Source: Desulfatiglandales bacterium | GTDB taxonomy: Bacteria > Desulfobacterota > DSM-4660 > Desulfatiglandales > Desulfatiglandaceae | Reading direction: 5' to 3' | DNA: 64,000 nucleotides | Assembly (NCBI GenBank): GCA_963662465.1 | Contig: OY759599.1 | Location: 608,001-672,000, forward strand | Part shown: piece after piece, positions 50,296 to 60,913 of the stretch | Position numbering within the stretch: the stretch's first letter is position 1 | How the letters are laid out: every line of letters begins with the position of its first letter | The notes under the pieces: model-generated | Told to the model about the DNA's origin: nothing | The model's input: the letters and a program-made list of their open reading frames with translations, nothing else | Database searches by the model: none | Program-made: the position numbers and the translations under genes

Positions 50296-52050
50296 CATGC
50301 GCTGTCTTTTGACGCATCATCCATCGGGAGAGATCATCGATGATCAGATAAAATGACGGCACCATCACCAGTGTGATCACGGTGGCGAAAAGGACACCGA
50401 ATCCCAGGGAGATGGCCATGGGGATCATCATGCGCGCCTGGAACGATTTTTCCAGTATTATGGGCATCAGCCCGCCGAAAGTGGTCACCGTGGTCAGGAG
50501 TATGGGTCTGAAGCGTTGGATGCCCGCGGCATGAATCGCTTTTGTGGGAGCAATGCCGGCACGAACGTTGCGATTGGCCAGATCGATCAATACCAGTGAG
50601 TCGTTGACCACCACCCCCGACAGGGCCACCACGCCGAAAATGCTGTTCACCGACAGGGAGTAGCCCATCAGGATATGGCCTAAAACGGCGCCGATCATGC
50701 CGAAGGGAATACTGAACATGATGATCACCGGCTGGATGTAACTCCTGAAAGGAATGGCCAGCAGCGCATAGATGCCGAACAATGCCAGAAGCAATCCGGA
50801 AAAAAGGGAAGAAAGGCTCTCGCGGATGTCGGCCTGGTGGCCTTCGAAGTTGTAAGAGAGGCCCGGATAACGGTTCATCAGATCGGGCAGAATTTTCGAT
50901 TTTAGTTCCCGCTGGATATTCTCCGACTGGGCAGGTGGTGTGACATTGGCCGTCACCTCGATATTTCGGCGACCGTTGGTGCGTTCGATGGAGGTGTAGG
51001 CCCTGCCGGCGGTCATCTGCACGGCGTCCCGCAGAAAGACCTCGCCCTCGGGCGCCAACAGAATCAAATCCTCCAGGGTTGCCTCGGATGCCCGTTCGTT
51101 CTCCGGCAGACTCACGCGCACGGTCACTTCGTTGCGGCCGCGCTGCTGCCGCAACGCTTCAGCCCCCTGAAAGGCATAACGCACCTGACTGGCCACGGCC
51201 TGGGAGGTGAGGCCCATGCGTTCTCCCAGTGGCTGCAGTTTGATGTCGAACTGGCGTTTTCCCTGGGCCGACCCGTCGTCGATATCGTGCACAATGGAGA
51301 ATTGGGACAACTGATCCGCCAGTTGTTCGCCGGCCGTTTCCAGGGTGTCCGTGTTATTGTGGCTGAGCATGACGGTGAGGTTCTTGCCCGAACCGGGACC
51401 CCCCATATTGGATTCGAAGCGAATGGTTTCCAGACCGGCAATGGTCCCGGTGTTTTTGCGCCATAGATCCACCACCCGGGAGGTGGCCATGGGCCGTTTT
51501 TCGGCGGCGGTGAGATAGATGCGAACCGTAACGGCGTTGTTTGCCACATCGCTGAGTACACCCTTGGCCAGCCGGGATCCGCCGTTTTCCGCAACCACGG
51601 CCCTGGCGCTGTCCACCAGACGTTTTTCAACGGTTTTGAGGCGCGCTTCGGATGTGCCGTAGGGGAGGGTGGCGCCGCAATAGGCATAGTCCGATTCCGT
51701 GCTGGGGAACATCTCCATGCCCATGCGCCCGGAGGTCACATACCCTGCCAGCCCTATCATCATGGCAATGCCGAAAGCCAGCACGGCATACCGGCGCCGG
51801 ATGGTAAACCCGAGAAAAGCGCCGTAACGGTTGCGCACAAACACCTCGAATGCCGCACTGAACTTCTTCTGCCGGCGTTCCAGATGGTTGAGCGGCCAGA
51901 ATGCCTCACGCTCTCGGCTGTGCCCCAGGTGGGCGGGCAAAATAAAAATGCTTTCGATCAGCGAAACACCGAACACTGCCGCAACCACCAGGGGAATGAC
52001 CTTAAAGATCTTGCCCATGATGCCGGGAATGAACATCAGCGGCAGAAAAG
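50288..52050 (-). pseudogene. C-terminal half of an RND permease; native tail displaced by the IS to 48768-48844
   Basis: FLPLMFIPG…GVVVNDSLVL…RFRPILLT; N-terminal half is absent. Confidence 0.88.
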
Positions 52051-52205
52051 GCCGGCCGCCAATGTGGCCACCCAGTTGCTGAACAGGAGGTTGAGGGCGT
52101 CACTGGAAAATTCGGCCGCGGCTGACAGGGTGACGGCCGGCAGCCAATTGGCCCGGGCCGCGCTGACCTGCCAGTCCGCCTCTTTAAGGCGCAGACCCGC
52201 TGCAC
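52050..52205 (-). pseudogene. Fragment of an outer-membrane efflux protein fused to the RND fragment
   Basis: AAGLRLKEADWQVSAARANWLPAVTLSA…FSNWVATLAAG. Confidence 0.6.
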
Positions 52206-52382
52206 GATACCGGTCAAATGGCCATGATTACAACCCCGATGTTGAGGGCCACCGAAAACAGCGTCAATAGTCGTTTATGAAAGAGATTCACGGTAAAAGT
52301 CCTTTGCCGGCTCTGAAGGCCCGCAGCGTCTTGCGGGAAAGCGCGGCCGGTGCTGCCTTGGGTGGCAACTCGTCCAATGCGG

Positions 52383-54005
52383 CTACGATCCGTTTCCCTC
52401 CATCTCGTACTTTTTCAGTTTTCGATAAAGGGATGCGAGCCCAATATTCAGTTTTTCCGCTGCCAGCTTTTTATTGCCGTTTGTCATCTCCAAAGCGGCT
52501 AGAATATAGCTGCGCTCGATCTGGGCGAGTGGGCGGATGCCGTCGTGTTCTTCGGGCCTTGCAACACCTTTTAGAAGGGAACGAGGCAGATCGTCCAGTT
52601 GGATAACACCGTTTGCGCACAGGGCCACGGTTCTTTCCACCATATTCTGAAGTTCCCGGACGTTGCCCGGCCAGGCGTAGAGCAGCATGTGTTCCGCGGC
52701 CCCCGGCGAAAACCCGTTCATGGAACGGCCCATGTTTTTCGCAATTTTATCAAGAAAGAAGCGGGCCAGCGGCAGGATATCCTCCGTCCGTTCCCGAAGG
52801 GGCGGAACGGCGAGTTCGATAACGCACAGGCGATAATAAAGGTCACGGCGAAAACGACCCGCTTCAACTTCGCCCTCGATGTTGCGATTGGTGGCGGCGA
52901 TCACCTTCACATCTACGGGCCGAGACTTGTTTTCCCCCACGCGACGCACCTCTTTTTCCTGTAGAACGCGAAGGAGTTTTGTTTGCATGTCCTGAGGCAT
53001 TTCTCCAACCTCGTCAAGTAACAGGGTCCCGCCGTTGGCTGCTTCAAAGAGACCGGTGCGGTCACTGTCGGCCCCGGTGAAGGCCCCTTTGGCGTGTCCA
53101 AAAAATTCGCTTTCGAGCAGCGTTTCCGTGATGGCGCCGCAGTTCACCGCTACAAAAGGCCTTCCGGCGCGTGCGGATTCATCGTGAATGAACCGTGCGA
53201 TCATTTCCTTCCCGACGCCGCATTCTCCGGTGATAATGACGGATGAGTCAACCTTGGCGGCGCGTGCGGCCAGATCCAGCAGTTGCCTCATCGTCCGACT
53301 GCTCGTTATGATCCCCGATGGGTAAACATCACTGTCAAAGAGCTTCTTAAGTTGCCGGAGGCGCCTCTCGGACCGCCGCAGCCTGTCCGTAACACCCTTG
53401 AGTGCACCGTCTATGGTCTGTTCCTTGAAGAAAGGCAGATGCTCATCAATTGTTTTTCCCCAGCCTTCTTTGCTGCGACTTTCAATGTAGCAAACATTAT
53501 CTCCCTTTCCGCGACACTTATGTTCGATGCAATAGATCTCACGCCTCTGCATGCGGCTGATATACCCGCTTACGTAGCCCGTCAGGGTCCAGCACACCGG
53601 TTCACCGGAGATCCCCAAGTGGATAAGATGCTGCTCGGCTTCGTAAGAGTCCTTCCAGATGCATGTCACTTTATTATTGATAGGATCGTCCATATCGATA
53701 GCGCTGAATTCTCTCGCATCAACCATCCCCTTCAACATATGCAGGATCGGCCCACATGTATAATCCTTCAACAACTCGGGGTATTCGGAACCGAGGCTGT
53801 CAGCTGTTAACCACCCATCGGCATAACCGAGACGGGTGAGGAAATTCCGCGCCATCGATAAACCGAGGCTGTTTATGAGGTCTTTACGCAGGAGACCCAT
53901 GGCGCTGGCGTTGATCAGAAGGGAGCGATGCCCTATGAAATGCATTACGCCGCCTTTAGGCCTAAAGGCGAGAAGTTTGCCGAGATCCAAGTCTTTTGCT
54001 TTCAT
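52383..54005 (-). CDS. XylR/DmpR-type sigma-54 activator (XylR_N + V4R)
   Basis: SYEAEQH…[13 protein letters not shown]…EHKCRGKG…[23 protein letters not shown]. Confidence 0.93.
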   Translation of the reverse strand: MKAKDLDLGKLLAFRPKGGVMHFIGHRSLLINASAMGLLRKDLINSLGLSMARNFLTRLGYADGWLTADSLGSEYPELLKDYTCGPILHMLKGMVDAREFSAIDMDDPINNKVTCIWKDSYEAEQHLIHLGISGEPVCWTLTGYVSGYISRMQRREIYCIEHKCRGKGDNVCYIESRSKEGWGKTIDEHLPFFKEQTIDGALKGVTDRLRRSERRLRQLKKLFDSDVYPSGIITSSRTMRQLLDLAARAAKVDSSVIITGECGVGKEMIARFIHDESARAGRPFVAVNCGAITETLLESEFFGHAKGAFTGADSDRTGLFEAANGGTLLLDEVGEMPQDMQTKLLRVLQEKEVRRVGENKSRPVDVKVIAATNRNIEGEVEAGRFRRDLYYRLCVIELAVPPLRERTEDILPLARFFLDKIAKNMGRSMNGFSPGAAEHMLLYAWPGNVRELQNMVERTVALCANGVIQLDDLPRSLLKGVARPEEHDGIRPLAQIERSYILAALEMTNGNKKLAAEKLNIGLASLYRKLKKYEMEGNGS

Positions 54006-54050
54006 CCAAGTCCCCCGTTTGAGTTTTGCATGCAATTCAATCCTAGCATT

Positions 54051-54168
54051 TTCTCAAAGTGAGAGCAATTATTTTCTCATAATGATAATTTAATTTATGC
54101 ACGTTGCATGTAACTATTTATAATTAATGGTATTATTTTCGGTGAACAGCTCTGGCACATTGCTTGCT
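54051..54168 (+). promoter_or_regulatory. Sigma-54 promoter with two UAS-like imperfect palindromes
   Basis: TGGCAC-ATTGC-TTGCT at 54153-54168; TTCTCAAAGTGAGAG (54051) and TTCTCATAATGATAA (54074). Confidence 0.8.
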
Positions 54169-54268
54169 TTGAAATAGCACAAAAGATTTTACAGTCGCCT
54201 GTTTTCATAGGGCTCAGCAATGGCGGGCAGTTAATCTCTGCCCGTTCAATTCCAAAGGAGGTGCAGAC

Positions 54269-55735
54269 ATGTCAGAAAGCGGTGCACTGGAAAAGATTGT
54301 CGGCAAGAAGAATGTTCTTTATGACCCGGCCATCCTGGGGGAGTATTCTTCGGATTCAAGTTTTGTTCCCCCCATGAGGCCGCGGTGCGTTGTGAAACCT
54401 TCAACGGCCGCGCAGGTGCAGGATCTTGTTAAGTGGGCCAACGAGACGACAACCCCCCTTGTACCGGTTAGCTCAGGCCCACCCCATTTCCGGGGCGACA
54501 CGGTTCCGGGTGTAGGCGGATCGATCATCATGGATCTGAGCGGGATGAAGAAGGTGATCCGGGTCGATTCCAGGAACCGGGTTGCCATGGTTGAGCCGGG
54601 CGTCACCTTCGGAGAGCTTCAGTCTGAACTGAAGAAGGCGGGGCTGTCCGCCTATATGCCCTTGTGCCCCAGGAGTTCCAAATCCGTCATGGGGAGCATG
54701 TTGGAAAGGGAGCCCATTACCATGCCCGGCCAACATTGGGACTCCCTCGACCCCTTCCTTTGCGCGGAGATCATCTTCGGTACGGGGGATAAGCTCAGAA
54801 GCGGTGAAGCGGCCGGGCCGGATTCCATTGAGGATCAGTGGAAAATCGGAAAGGCCCAGATGGTGCCTTTCGGGCTTGGCCAGTTTGATGAAAGCCGCCT
54901 CATATCGGGTGCCCAGGGCACCATCGGGATCACCACGTGGGCAACCCTCAAGTGCAGGCCTTTACCGGAATTGACCCGGACGTTTCTGATCACTTCGGAG
55001 ACCGTCGGCCCTTTGCTCGATCTCAGCTATCGGCTCATACGCTTCAGGCTTGGCGAGACGTGCTTCATCGTAAACGATCTGAACCTGGCATCCCTTCTTG
55101 CGCAAGGTCCCGAAGAGATCAAAGATCTGAGAGGTCCTCTCCCCCGGTGGATCCTTGTGACGACTTTCGAAGGGGTTGGCGCACTGCCGGAAGAGAAGGT
55201 GGCGTATCAGGAGGCCGATTTTCGGGATATGCTGTCTCATACCGGCAATCTCAAGGTTGCGAACTCCCTGGGCGGATTCAGCGCCGACCATGTGGGCGCC
55301 CTGCTCAAGAGACCCTCCGCGGAACCCTACTGGAAACTCAGGTACAAAGGGGCCTGCGAAGAACTCTTCTTTCTTACGACACTGGACAAAACGCCTGCCT
55401 TCCTTGGGGCAATGCCTGCCCTTGCACAGTCCCATCGCCTTTCAGCGGAGGAGATGGGCGTCTATATCCAGCCCATTGTCCAGGGCACGAGCTGTCACCT
55501 GGAATTCGACCTGTTTTATGATGCGGCCCATGCGGCCCAAGGGGAACGGGTGAGATCCCTGGTTGTCGATGGTGCAAAAGATCTGGCGAACATGGGGGCA
55601 TTCTTCTCCAGACCTTATGGCCCCTGGGCGGATATTGCATACAGCCGGGCAGCGGAGACCAACATCCTCCAGCGAAAAGTGAAAAAGATATTCGACCCCA
55701 ATAACGTCCTAAATCCGGGAAAATTGTGTTTTTAA
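54269..55735 (+). CDS. FAD-binding oxidoreductase (VAO/PCMH/GlcD fold)
   Basis: P.CVVKP, DLSGM, VEPGVT, GAQGTIGI, FDPNNVLNPGK. Confidence 0.9.
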   Translation: MSESGALEKIVGKKNVLYDPAILGEYSSDSSFVPPMRPRCVVKPSTAAQVQDLVKWANETTTPLVPVSSGPPHFRGDTVPGVGGSIIMDLSGMKKVIRVDSRNRVAMVEPGVTFGELQSELKKAGLSAYMPLCPRSSKSVMGSMLEREPITMPGQHWDSLDPFLCAEIIFGTGDKLRSGEAAGPDSIEDQWKIGKAQMVPFGLGQFDESRLISGAQGTIGITTWATLKCRPLPELTRTFLITSETVGPLLDLSYRLIRFRLGETCFIVNDLNLASLLAQGPEEIKDLRGPLPRWILVTTFEGVGALPEEKVAYQEADFRDMLSHTGNLKVANSLGGFSADHVGALLKRPSAEPYWKLRYKGACEELFFLTTLDKTPAFLGAMPALAQSHRLSAEEMGVYIQPIVQGTSCHLEFDLFYDAAHAAQGERVRSLVVDGAKDLANMGAFFSRPYGPWADIAYSRAAETNILQRKVKKIFDPNNVLNPGKLCF

Positions 55736-55748
55736 GGAGGGAACAGAT

Positions 55749-56045
55749 ATGGCAATAGACGGAACATATGACATCCTTGTCAAGACGCTGAAAGGCAGGC
55801 AGGAAGGCAGATTGGTATTTGATACGGACGGTTCCACCTTGACGGGCGCCTCGGACAGTGGGGGAGAGGTGGTGGAGATCCTGGACGGGAATGTGGACGG
55901 CAACGAATTCCAGTTCAAAGTGAAACAGAAAACCCCCATCGGCAGGTTGAGCATCAAATTCAAGGGGACGGTGGACGGCGATAAGATTTCGGGGAAGGTA
56001 AAGACGCCATTCGGTCCATCGCCATTCGAGGGTGCGAGGGTATAG
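55749..56045 (+). CDS. Small hypothetical beta-rich protein
   Basis: RBS AAGGAGG; IDGTY…GTVDGDKISG…FEG.R. Confidence 0.75.
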   Translation: MAIDGTYDILVKTLKGRQEGRLVFDTDGSTLTGASDSGGEVVEILDGNVDGNEFQFKVKQKTPIGRLSIKFKGTVDGDKISGKVKTPFGPSPFEGARV

Positions 56046-56090
56046 ACTCCGGAATCTTTATCCGGAACAAAAATGCGGGGAGGTATCACG

Positions 56091-57365
56091 ATGGCATTAG
56101 AAGATTACGAACACGATTCACTGCGTTGCATACGGTGCTCATATTGTAAGTGGATTCCATGGGAAAACATGCGTCATCCGGACTACATGGCAGGCTGTCC
56201 GTCCGCGGCGAGGTACCATTTTCACGCCTATGCCTCGGGTGGAAAGTTCAATATGGCGTATGCCATGATGAAGGGAAGGATCGACTATACGGACGGCTTT
56301 CTGGATGCGCTCTACCGATGTCAGATGTGTGGCAGCTGTGATGTTTCCTGTAAGGCCTGGAATGAGATAGAGCCGTTGCAGAGTATGCAGGAGTTGCGCA
56401 TCAAATGCGTCGAAGACGGCCAGATACTGCCTGAACATATGTTTGTCATCGAAGGTCTCAAGAAAGAGGATAATATGATGCAGGCCAAGAAGGCCGATCG
56501 CGGGAAATGGGCCGATGGCATTGCCGTGAAAGATCTTTCCCAAGAAAAGGCCAAGGTCGCCTTTTGGGCCGGATGCAGATACTCCTTTGATGAAGACCTT
56601 TGGCCCATTGTCAGGGGCGGGCTCTCCCTCCTTCTCGATGCGGGGGTTGATGCAGGCATCTGGGGAAAAGAGGAAGTCTGTTGTGGTGGGCGGGCCTACT
56701 CCATGGGATTCGCCGGCGAGCTCACCAAATATGCGGACCACAATCTGGAAGCGCTCAAGACTGCGGGCGTGGAGACGCTTGTGACGCCCTGCTCCGATTG
56801 CTACCAACACTATAAAGTCCTTTACGACAAGATCGGCAAGAAACCGGAGGTGGAGATCCTTCATCTGACGGAATATCTCCATCGCCTGATCAAAGACGGC
56901 GCCATTCAATTTACCAAGGAAATTCCGCTGACCGTGACCTACCATGACCCCTGCCATCTGGGTCGCCTTTCCGAGCCATGGGTACACTGGAAAGGCGAAG
57001 AAATCAAGGTGCTTAACCAGATGATCTGCCATGATCCTCCAAAAAAATACAGGCGGGGGGCCAACGGCGTCTATGACATCCCGAGGGAAATTTTGAAAAG
57101 CATCCCGGGAATCAGACTTGTGGAGATGTACCGGATCAGGGAATCCGCCTGGTGCTGCGGGGCCGGAGGCGGCGTTAAAGAGGCATTCCCCGGTTTTTCC
57201 AATTGGACCGCCACGGAGCGTCTGAAAGAGGCAAACGCCGTGGGCGCCGAAGCCCTTGCCACGGCTTGCGGCTGGTGTCGACGCAACTTCATCGACGCCA
57301 TGGAACAGGGGCCGGAGAAGATTGCCGTATACGACATTGTGGAACTTGTGCGGCAAGCCATGTAG
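56091..57365 (+). CDS. Fe-S oxidoreductase with CCG domains (HdrD/GlcF-like)
   Basis: CIRCSYC, CQMCGSCDVSC, EVCCG, YHDPCHLGR, WCCGAGGG. Confidence 0.92.
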   Translation: MALEDYEHDSLRCIRCSYCKWIPWENMRHPDYMAGCPSAARYHFHAYASGGKFNMAYAMMKGRIDYTDGFLDALYRCQMCGSCDVSCKAWNEIEPLQSMQELRIKCVEDGQILPEHMFVIEGLKKEDNMMQAKKADRGKWADGIAVKDLSQEKAKVAFWAGCRYSFDEDLWPIVRGGLSLLLDAGVDAGIWGKEEVCCGGRAYSMGFAGELTKYADHNLEALKTAGVETLVTPCSDCYQHYKVLYDKIGKKPEVEILHLTEYLHRLIKDGAIQFTKEIPLTVTYHDPCHLGRLSEPWVHWKGEEIKVLNQMICHDPPKKYRRGANGVYDIPREILKSIPGIRLVEMYRIRESAWCCGAGGGVKEAFPGFSNWTATERLKEANAVGAEALATACGWCRRNFIDAMEQGPEKIAVYDIVELVRQAM

Positions 57366-57392
57366 CGGGAAATGAAAAGAGAGGGGGATCAT

Positions 57393-59003
57393 ATGGATCA
57401 TATGGAATTAGCGAATGAGGCTTACCAGGCGTTGGAGGATATCGTAGGGCCTGAGAACGTAACCCGGGACCCGGCCATACGAGATACCTATAACCAGGTA
57501 TGGGGAAACAAACTCGTTTTCGATACAAAATTTTCAAACCGTCCGGCCGCAGTGGTTCTGCCGGGAAGCACCAAGGAAGTACAGGCGGTCGTTCGGGTCT
57601 GTAACCGGTACAAGATCTCGTTCAAGCCCTTCTCTTCGGGCTTTGAAATCGTATCCACGTCCCTCGTGAGTGAAAACAGCATTCTTCTGGATCTGAAAAG
57701 AATGAACAGGATTCTGGAAATTGATACGAAAAACATGCATGCCGTGGTGGAACCCTATGTGTCCGTGTTCAGGCTCCAGATGGAGCTGGCGAAACAGGGC
57801 CTGTTTCTCGGTCCCATCTCCGCCGGCCCCGAGGCCGGGGTTATCGCCAGTTCATGCTGTCATTTCGGTTCCGGCAATACACAGGTTTTCACCGGAGGTC
57901 TGGGCCGCAACGTTCTCGGGTGCGAGTGGGTCCTGCCGACCGGAGAACTCCTCCGCATGGGTTCCGCTGAAACGGGCAACGGCTGGTTCTCCGCCGATGG
58001 ACCTGGCTTTGGCCTCAGGGGGATATTGAGGGGTCATTCGGGTGCGAACGGCGGAAACGGCGTGATTACAAAAGTAAGTCATAAGCTTTATCCCTGGTAC
58101 GGACCGCCCGAGTGGGAACTTGTGGGTTCGCCCCCGGGAATGAAACAACTTGAGAAAATACCGGATGGTTTCAAGTTCTTTGTCTTCACGTTTCCGACCG
58201 AAGAGGTTATGTATGATGCCGTTCGTGAAGTCGGACAGGCGGAAATTACCTATTCCATCATGCAGCTTCTGGATGGCATAAAGTCGGAAAGCAACGACGA
58301 GCTTTTCGCCATCATTCAGGAAATGATGACAAATGCGCCTCCGGATGTCCCCAACTTCGGCGACACGTCACTCATGATAATGATCGGCGGAAACACGGCT
58401 GGAGAGCTTGAATACCGTGAAAAATGCCTCTTCAAGGTATGCGGGAATTTAGGCGGCACGAGGGTTCCCCATCTCAATGAACCCGACTTCCTGGCATGGC
58501 GGTTCGGCCTCGTCATGTGGGGCTTTAACTGCGTGAAGGAGGCTTTCCGCCCCTGTTCCGAATTCTACATCACCCCCTGCACCGATGCCACCGAGGACAT
58601 GCTAAAGCTTCAACGCAAGGCCGCCGTCGATGCCATCATGCCGCACGTTCTGGAAGGAGAGCTGATGTTCGTGCCTTCGCCTCCCGGATTCCATCTGCCC
58701 TACGAGAACTATTCCACCGGGAGCCATCTGGAGAACCTTACCATGTACGACCCCTACGATGAGGAGTCTCTCGCGGGAATCAGAGAGCTGATCACGGAGA
58801 CCTTTGACCCCAGGGGAAAATTTAAATCCTTCGGCGTACCCTGTCTCGGCGGGGGACTCCAGATAGAGTCAGAGAGCCATGTGGTTCAAAACTGGGGGCC
58901 CATGTATGATCACTACGATGTGTGGCTCAGGAAGATTAAGGAGGCTCTGGATCCGAACTGCCTCGGCGACTGGTCCGCCTACGTGCCCCCGGTATTTCCG
59001 TAA
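57393..59003 (+). CDS. FAD-binding oxidoreductase (second, divergent subunit)
   Basis: PAAVVLPGST.EVQ, DLKRMNRI, AVVEP, EWVLPTGE, IKEALDPN. Confidence 0.9.
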   Translation: MDHMELANEAYQALEDIVGPENVTRDPAIRDTYNQVWGNKLVFDTKFSNRPAAVVLPGSTKEVQAVVRVCNRYKISFKPFSSGFEIVSTSLVSENSILLDLKRMNRILEIDTKNMHAVVEPYVSVFRLQMELAKQGLFLGPISAGPEAGVIASSCCHFGSGNTQVFTGGLGRNVLGCEWVLPTGELLRMGSAETGNGWFSADGPGFGLRGILRGHSGANGGNGVITKVSHKLYPWYGPPEWELVGSPPGMKQLEKIPDGFKFFVFTFPTEEVMYDAVREVGQAEITYSIMQLLDGIKSESNDELFAIIQEMMTNAPPDVPNFGDTSLMIMIGGNTAGELEYREKCLFKVCGNLGGTRVPHLNEPDFLAWRFGLVMWGFNCVKEAFRPCSEFYITPCTDATEDMLKLQRKAAVDAIMPHVLEGELMFVPSPPGFHLPYENYSTGSHLENLTMYDPYDEESLAGIRELITETFDPRGKFKSFGVPCLGGGLQIESESHVVQNWGPMYDHYDVWLRKIKEALDPNCLGDWSAYVPPVFP

Positions 59004-59057
59004 TGGGTTTTCCCGTAAATTGTCATATCAGTCGATTATAAATAAGGAGCCTAAAAA

Positions 59058-60065
59058 TTGGAACGAGACCGAATTCTCGTGGTGGTACAAAAAAAGGGTA
59101 TCGGCCCTGGCCGGCCCGCATCCATTGCCCTTGAAAATCTGAAAGCGGCGTCGCTGCTTTCACGGCAGGGATCAGGCGAGAGGGTGTGCGCCTGCGTGCT
59201 GGGTTCGGGCGTGGGTGAGTTTGCTATGGATATCGCCTTCTATGCGGAGGAAGTCTATGTGGTGGATCACCCGTTGCTTGGCCATTTTCAGGCGGATCTT
59301 TATGCCTGCGCCCTCGAGGCGGTGTGTCGGGCCGTGAACCCTTGCACCGTTCTCATGGGGCACCGGTATGAGAACAGTGAGGTGGGGCCGAAATTGTCAT
59401 GCAAGATGGGGAGGGATCTGATCACCGATTGCGTGAAAATAGAGAGAGAAAAAGAGACCGGCGCGCTTCTGTGTACTAAACCCATTTACGGGGGCAATGC
59501 CACGGCTGTTTTCGCGCTTCACGATCGCCCCCAGATGGTGACCATCAGGGCAAAGGCAACGGACGCGCTGGAGAAAGGGACGGCAAAAGGTGTGATCAAG
59601 ACCTTGGACTGCGCCCTTGACCCCTCCATGGGACTCACGGAATCCCTGGGTCTTGTTGCGGGAGAAGATGCCGTGGACCTTAATCAGGCGGAGGTCATTG
59701 TTGCCGGGGGCAGGGGAGTTAAGACCGAGGATGACTTTGAGACGTTAAAGGGGCTTGTGGCCGCCTTCAGGCGGCGTTTCGATAAAGTGGAGCTGGGGGC
59801 GAGCCGGGCCGTGGTGGATGCGGGCCTGCTGCCCCATTCCCGTCAGATCGGTCAGACGGGGGAGAAGGTCGCTCCGCAACTTTACATTGCCATTGCCATA
59901 TCCGGTTCCGCTCAACACATGGCGGGTGTTACCGGGGCCAAGAAGATTCTAACCATTAATAAAGATGCGGATGCGGCGATCTTCGGCGCTTCGGACTACG
60001 GCGTTGTCGGCAAGTATGAAGATATTGTCCCCGCATTCATCCGGAAATTAGAGGAACTATCGTGA
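59058..60065 (+). CDS. etfA: Electron transfer flavoprotein alpha subunit
   Basis: VAGGRG, GASRAVVDAG, QIGQTGEKV, ISGSAQH, INKD. Confidence 0.93.
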   Translation: MERDRILVVVQKKGIGPGRPASIALENLKAASLLSRQGSGERVCACVLGSGVGEFAMDIAFYAEEVYVVDHPLLGHFQADLYACALEAVCRAVNPCTVLMGHRYENSEVGPKLSCKMGRDLITDCVKIEREKETGALLCTKPIYGGNATAVFALHDRPQMVTIRAKATDALEKGTAKGVIKTLDCALDPSMGLTESLGLVAGEDAVDLNQAEVIVAGGRGVKTEDDFETLKGLVAAFRRRFDKVELGASRAVVDAGLLPHSRQIGQTGEKVAPQLYIAIAISGSAQHMAGVTGAKKILTINKDADAAIFGASDYGVVGKYEDIVPAFIRKLEELS

Positions 60066-60859
60066 AAGCACCCACAATCATTGTTTGTATCAAGAATATC
60101 CCGGACCCGGAAGGACCTAAGGAAGCCTATGAGATTCACGGCGATATCAACAAAGTCGTGGTCGTGGGGATTCCACCGGTCATTAATCCGTACGATGAGA
60201 ATGCACTGGAACTGGCGATCCGGCTCAAGGAACGTTTCGGCGGAAAGGTCATTGCCCTCAATATGGCCGGGAAGGCCGTGAAGCCGGTCCTGAAGAAGGC
60301 GTTGAGCGTGGGGGCCGATGAGTTGATTTTATTGGAAGATCCGGCCTTCAAAGACCTGGGCAGTTATTCCACGGCCGAGGTTTTGAGTGCGGCCATTCGG
60401 AAGATTGGATCTTTTGACCTGATCCTAACCGGCAGACAGGCCGCTGACTGGGATTCCGGCCAGGTGGGCCTGCTCATGGGTGAAATGCTGAAAATTCCCG
60501 GCATAGCCCTGGTGCAAAAAGCGGAGATGGAAGACGGCATGGTGACGGTGGAAAAGTTGAAAAGAAACGGACACGAGAGGGTCCGGGCGCCCATGCCCGT
60601 TCTGCTGACCGTGAGCAGCGAGGTGGGCGATTTGAGATTTCCCACCCTTACGGCGATTAAGGCTGCGCTTAAAAAGCCCGTTGAGGTCTGGAACGCGTCG
60701 GATTTGGGTCTTGAGGCGGGCATCCTGAAGACGAAAGCCATACGGGCTGTCATTCCGCCGCCTTCCAACGAAAGGCAATGCTTGTATATGGAAGGCGCAA
60801 CGTCGCAGGAAAAAGGGGAAAATCTGGCCGTCAAGCTGCGGCGGGACAATGTCATATAA
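60062..60859 (+). CDS. etfB: Electron transfer flavoprotein beta subunit
   Basis: IVCIKNIPD, NPYDENALE, GRQAADWDSGQVG. Confidence 0.93.
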   Translation: MKAPTIIVCIKNIPDPEGPKEAYEIHGDINKVVVVGIPPVINPYDENALELAIRLKERFGGKVIALNMAGKAVKPVLKKALSVGADELILLEDPAFKDLGSYSTAEVLSAAIRKIGSFDLILTGRQAADWDSGQVGLLMGEMLKIPGIALVQKAEMEDGMVTVEKLKRNGHERVRAPMPVLLTVSSEVGDLRFPTLTAIKAALKKPVEVWNASDLGLEAGILKTKAIRAVIPPPSNERQCLYMEGATSQEKGENLAVKLRRDNVI

Positions 60860-60913
60860 AGCCGGACACAGAAAGTAAACGGACGAAATTATCAATTTAA
60901 GGAGGGGTAAATT

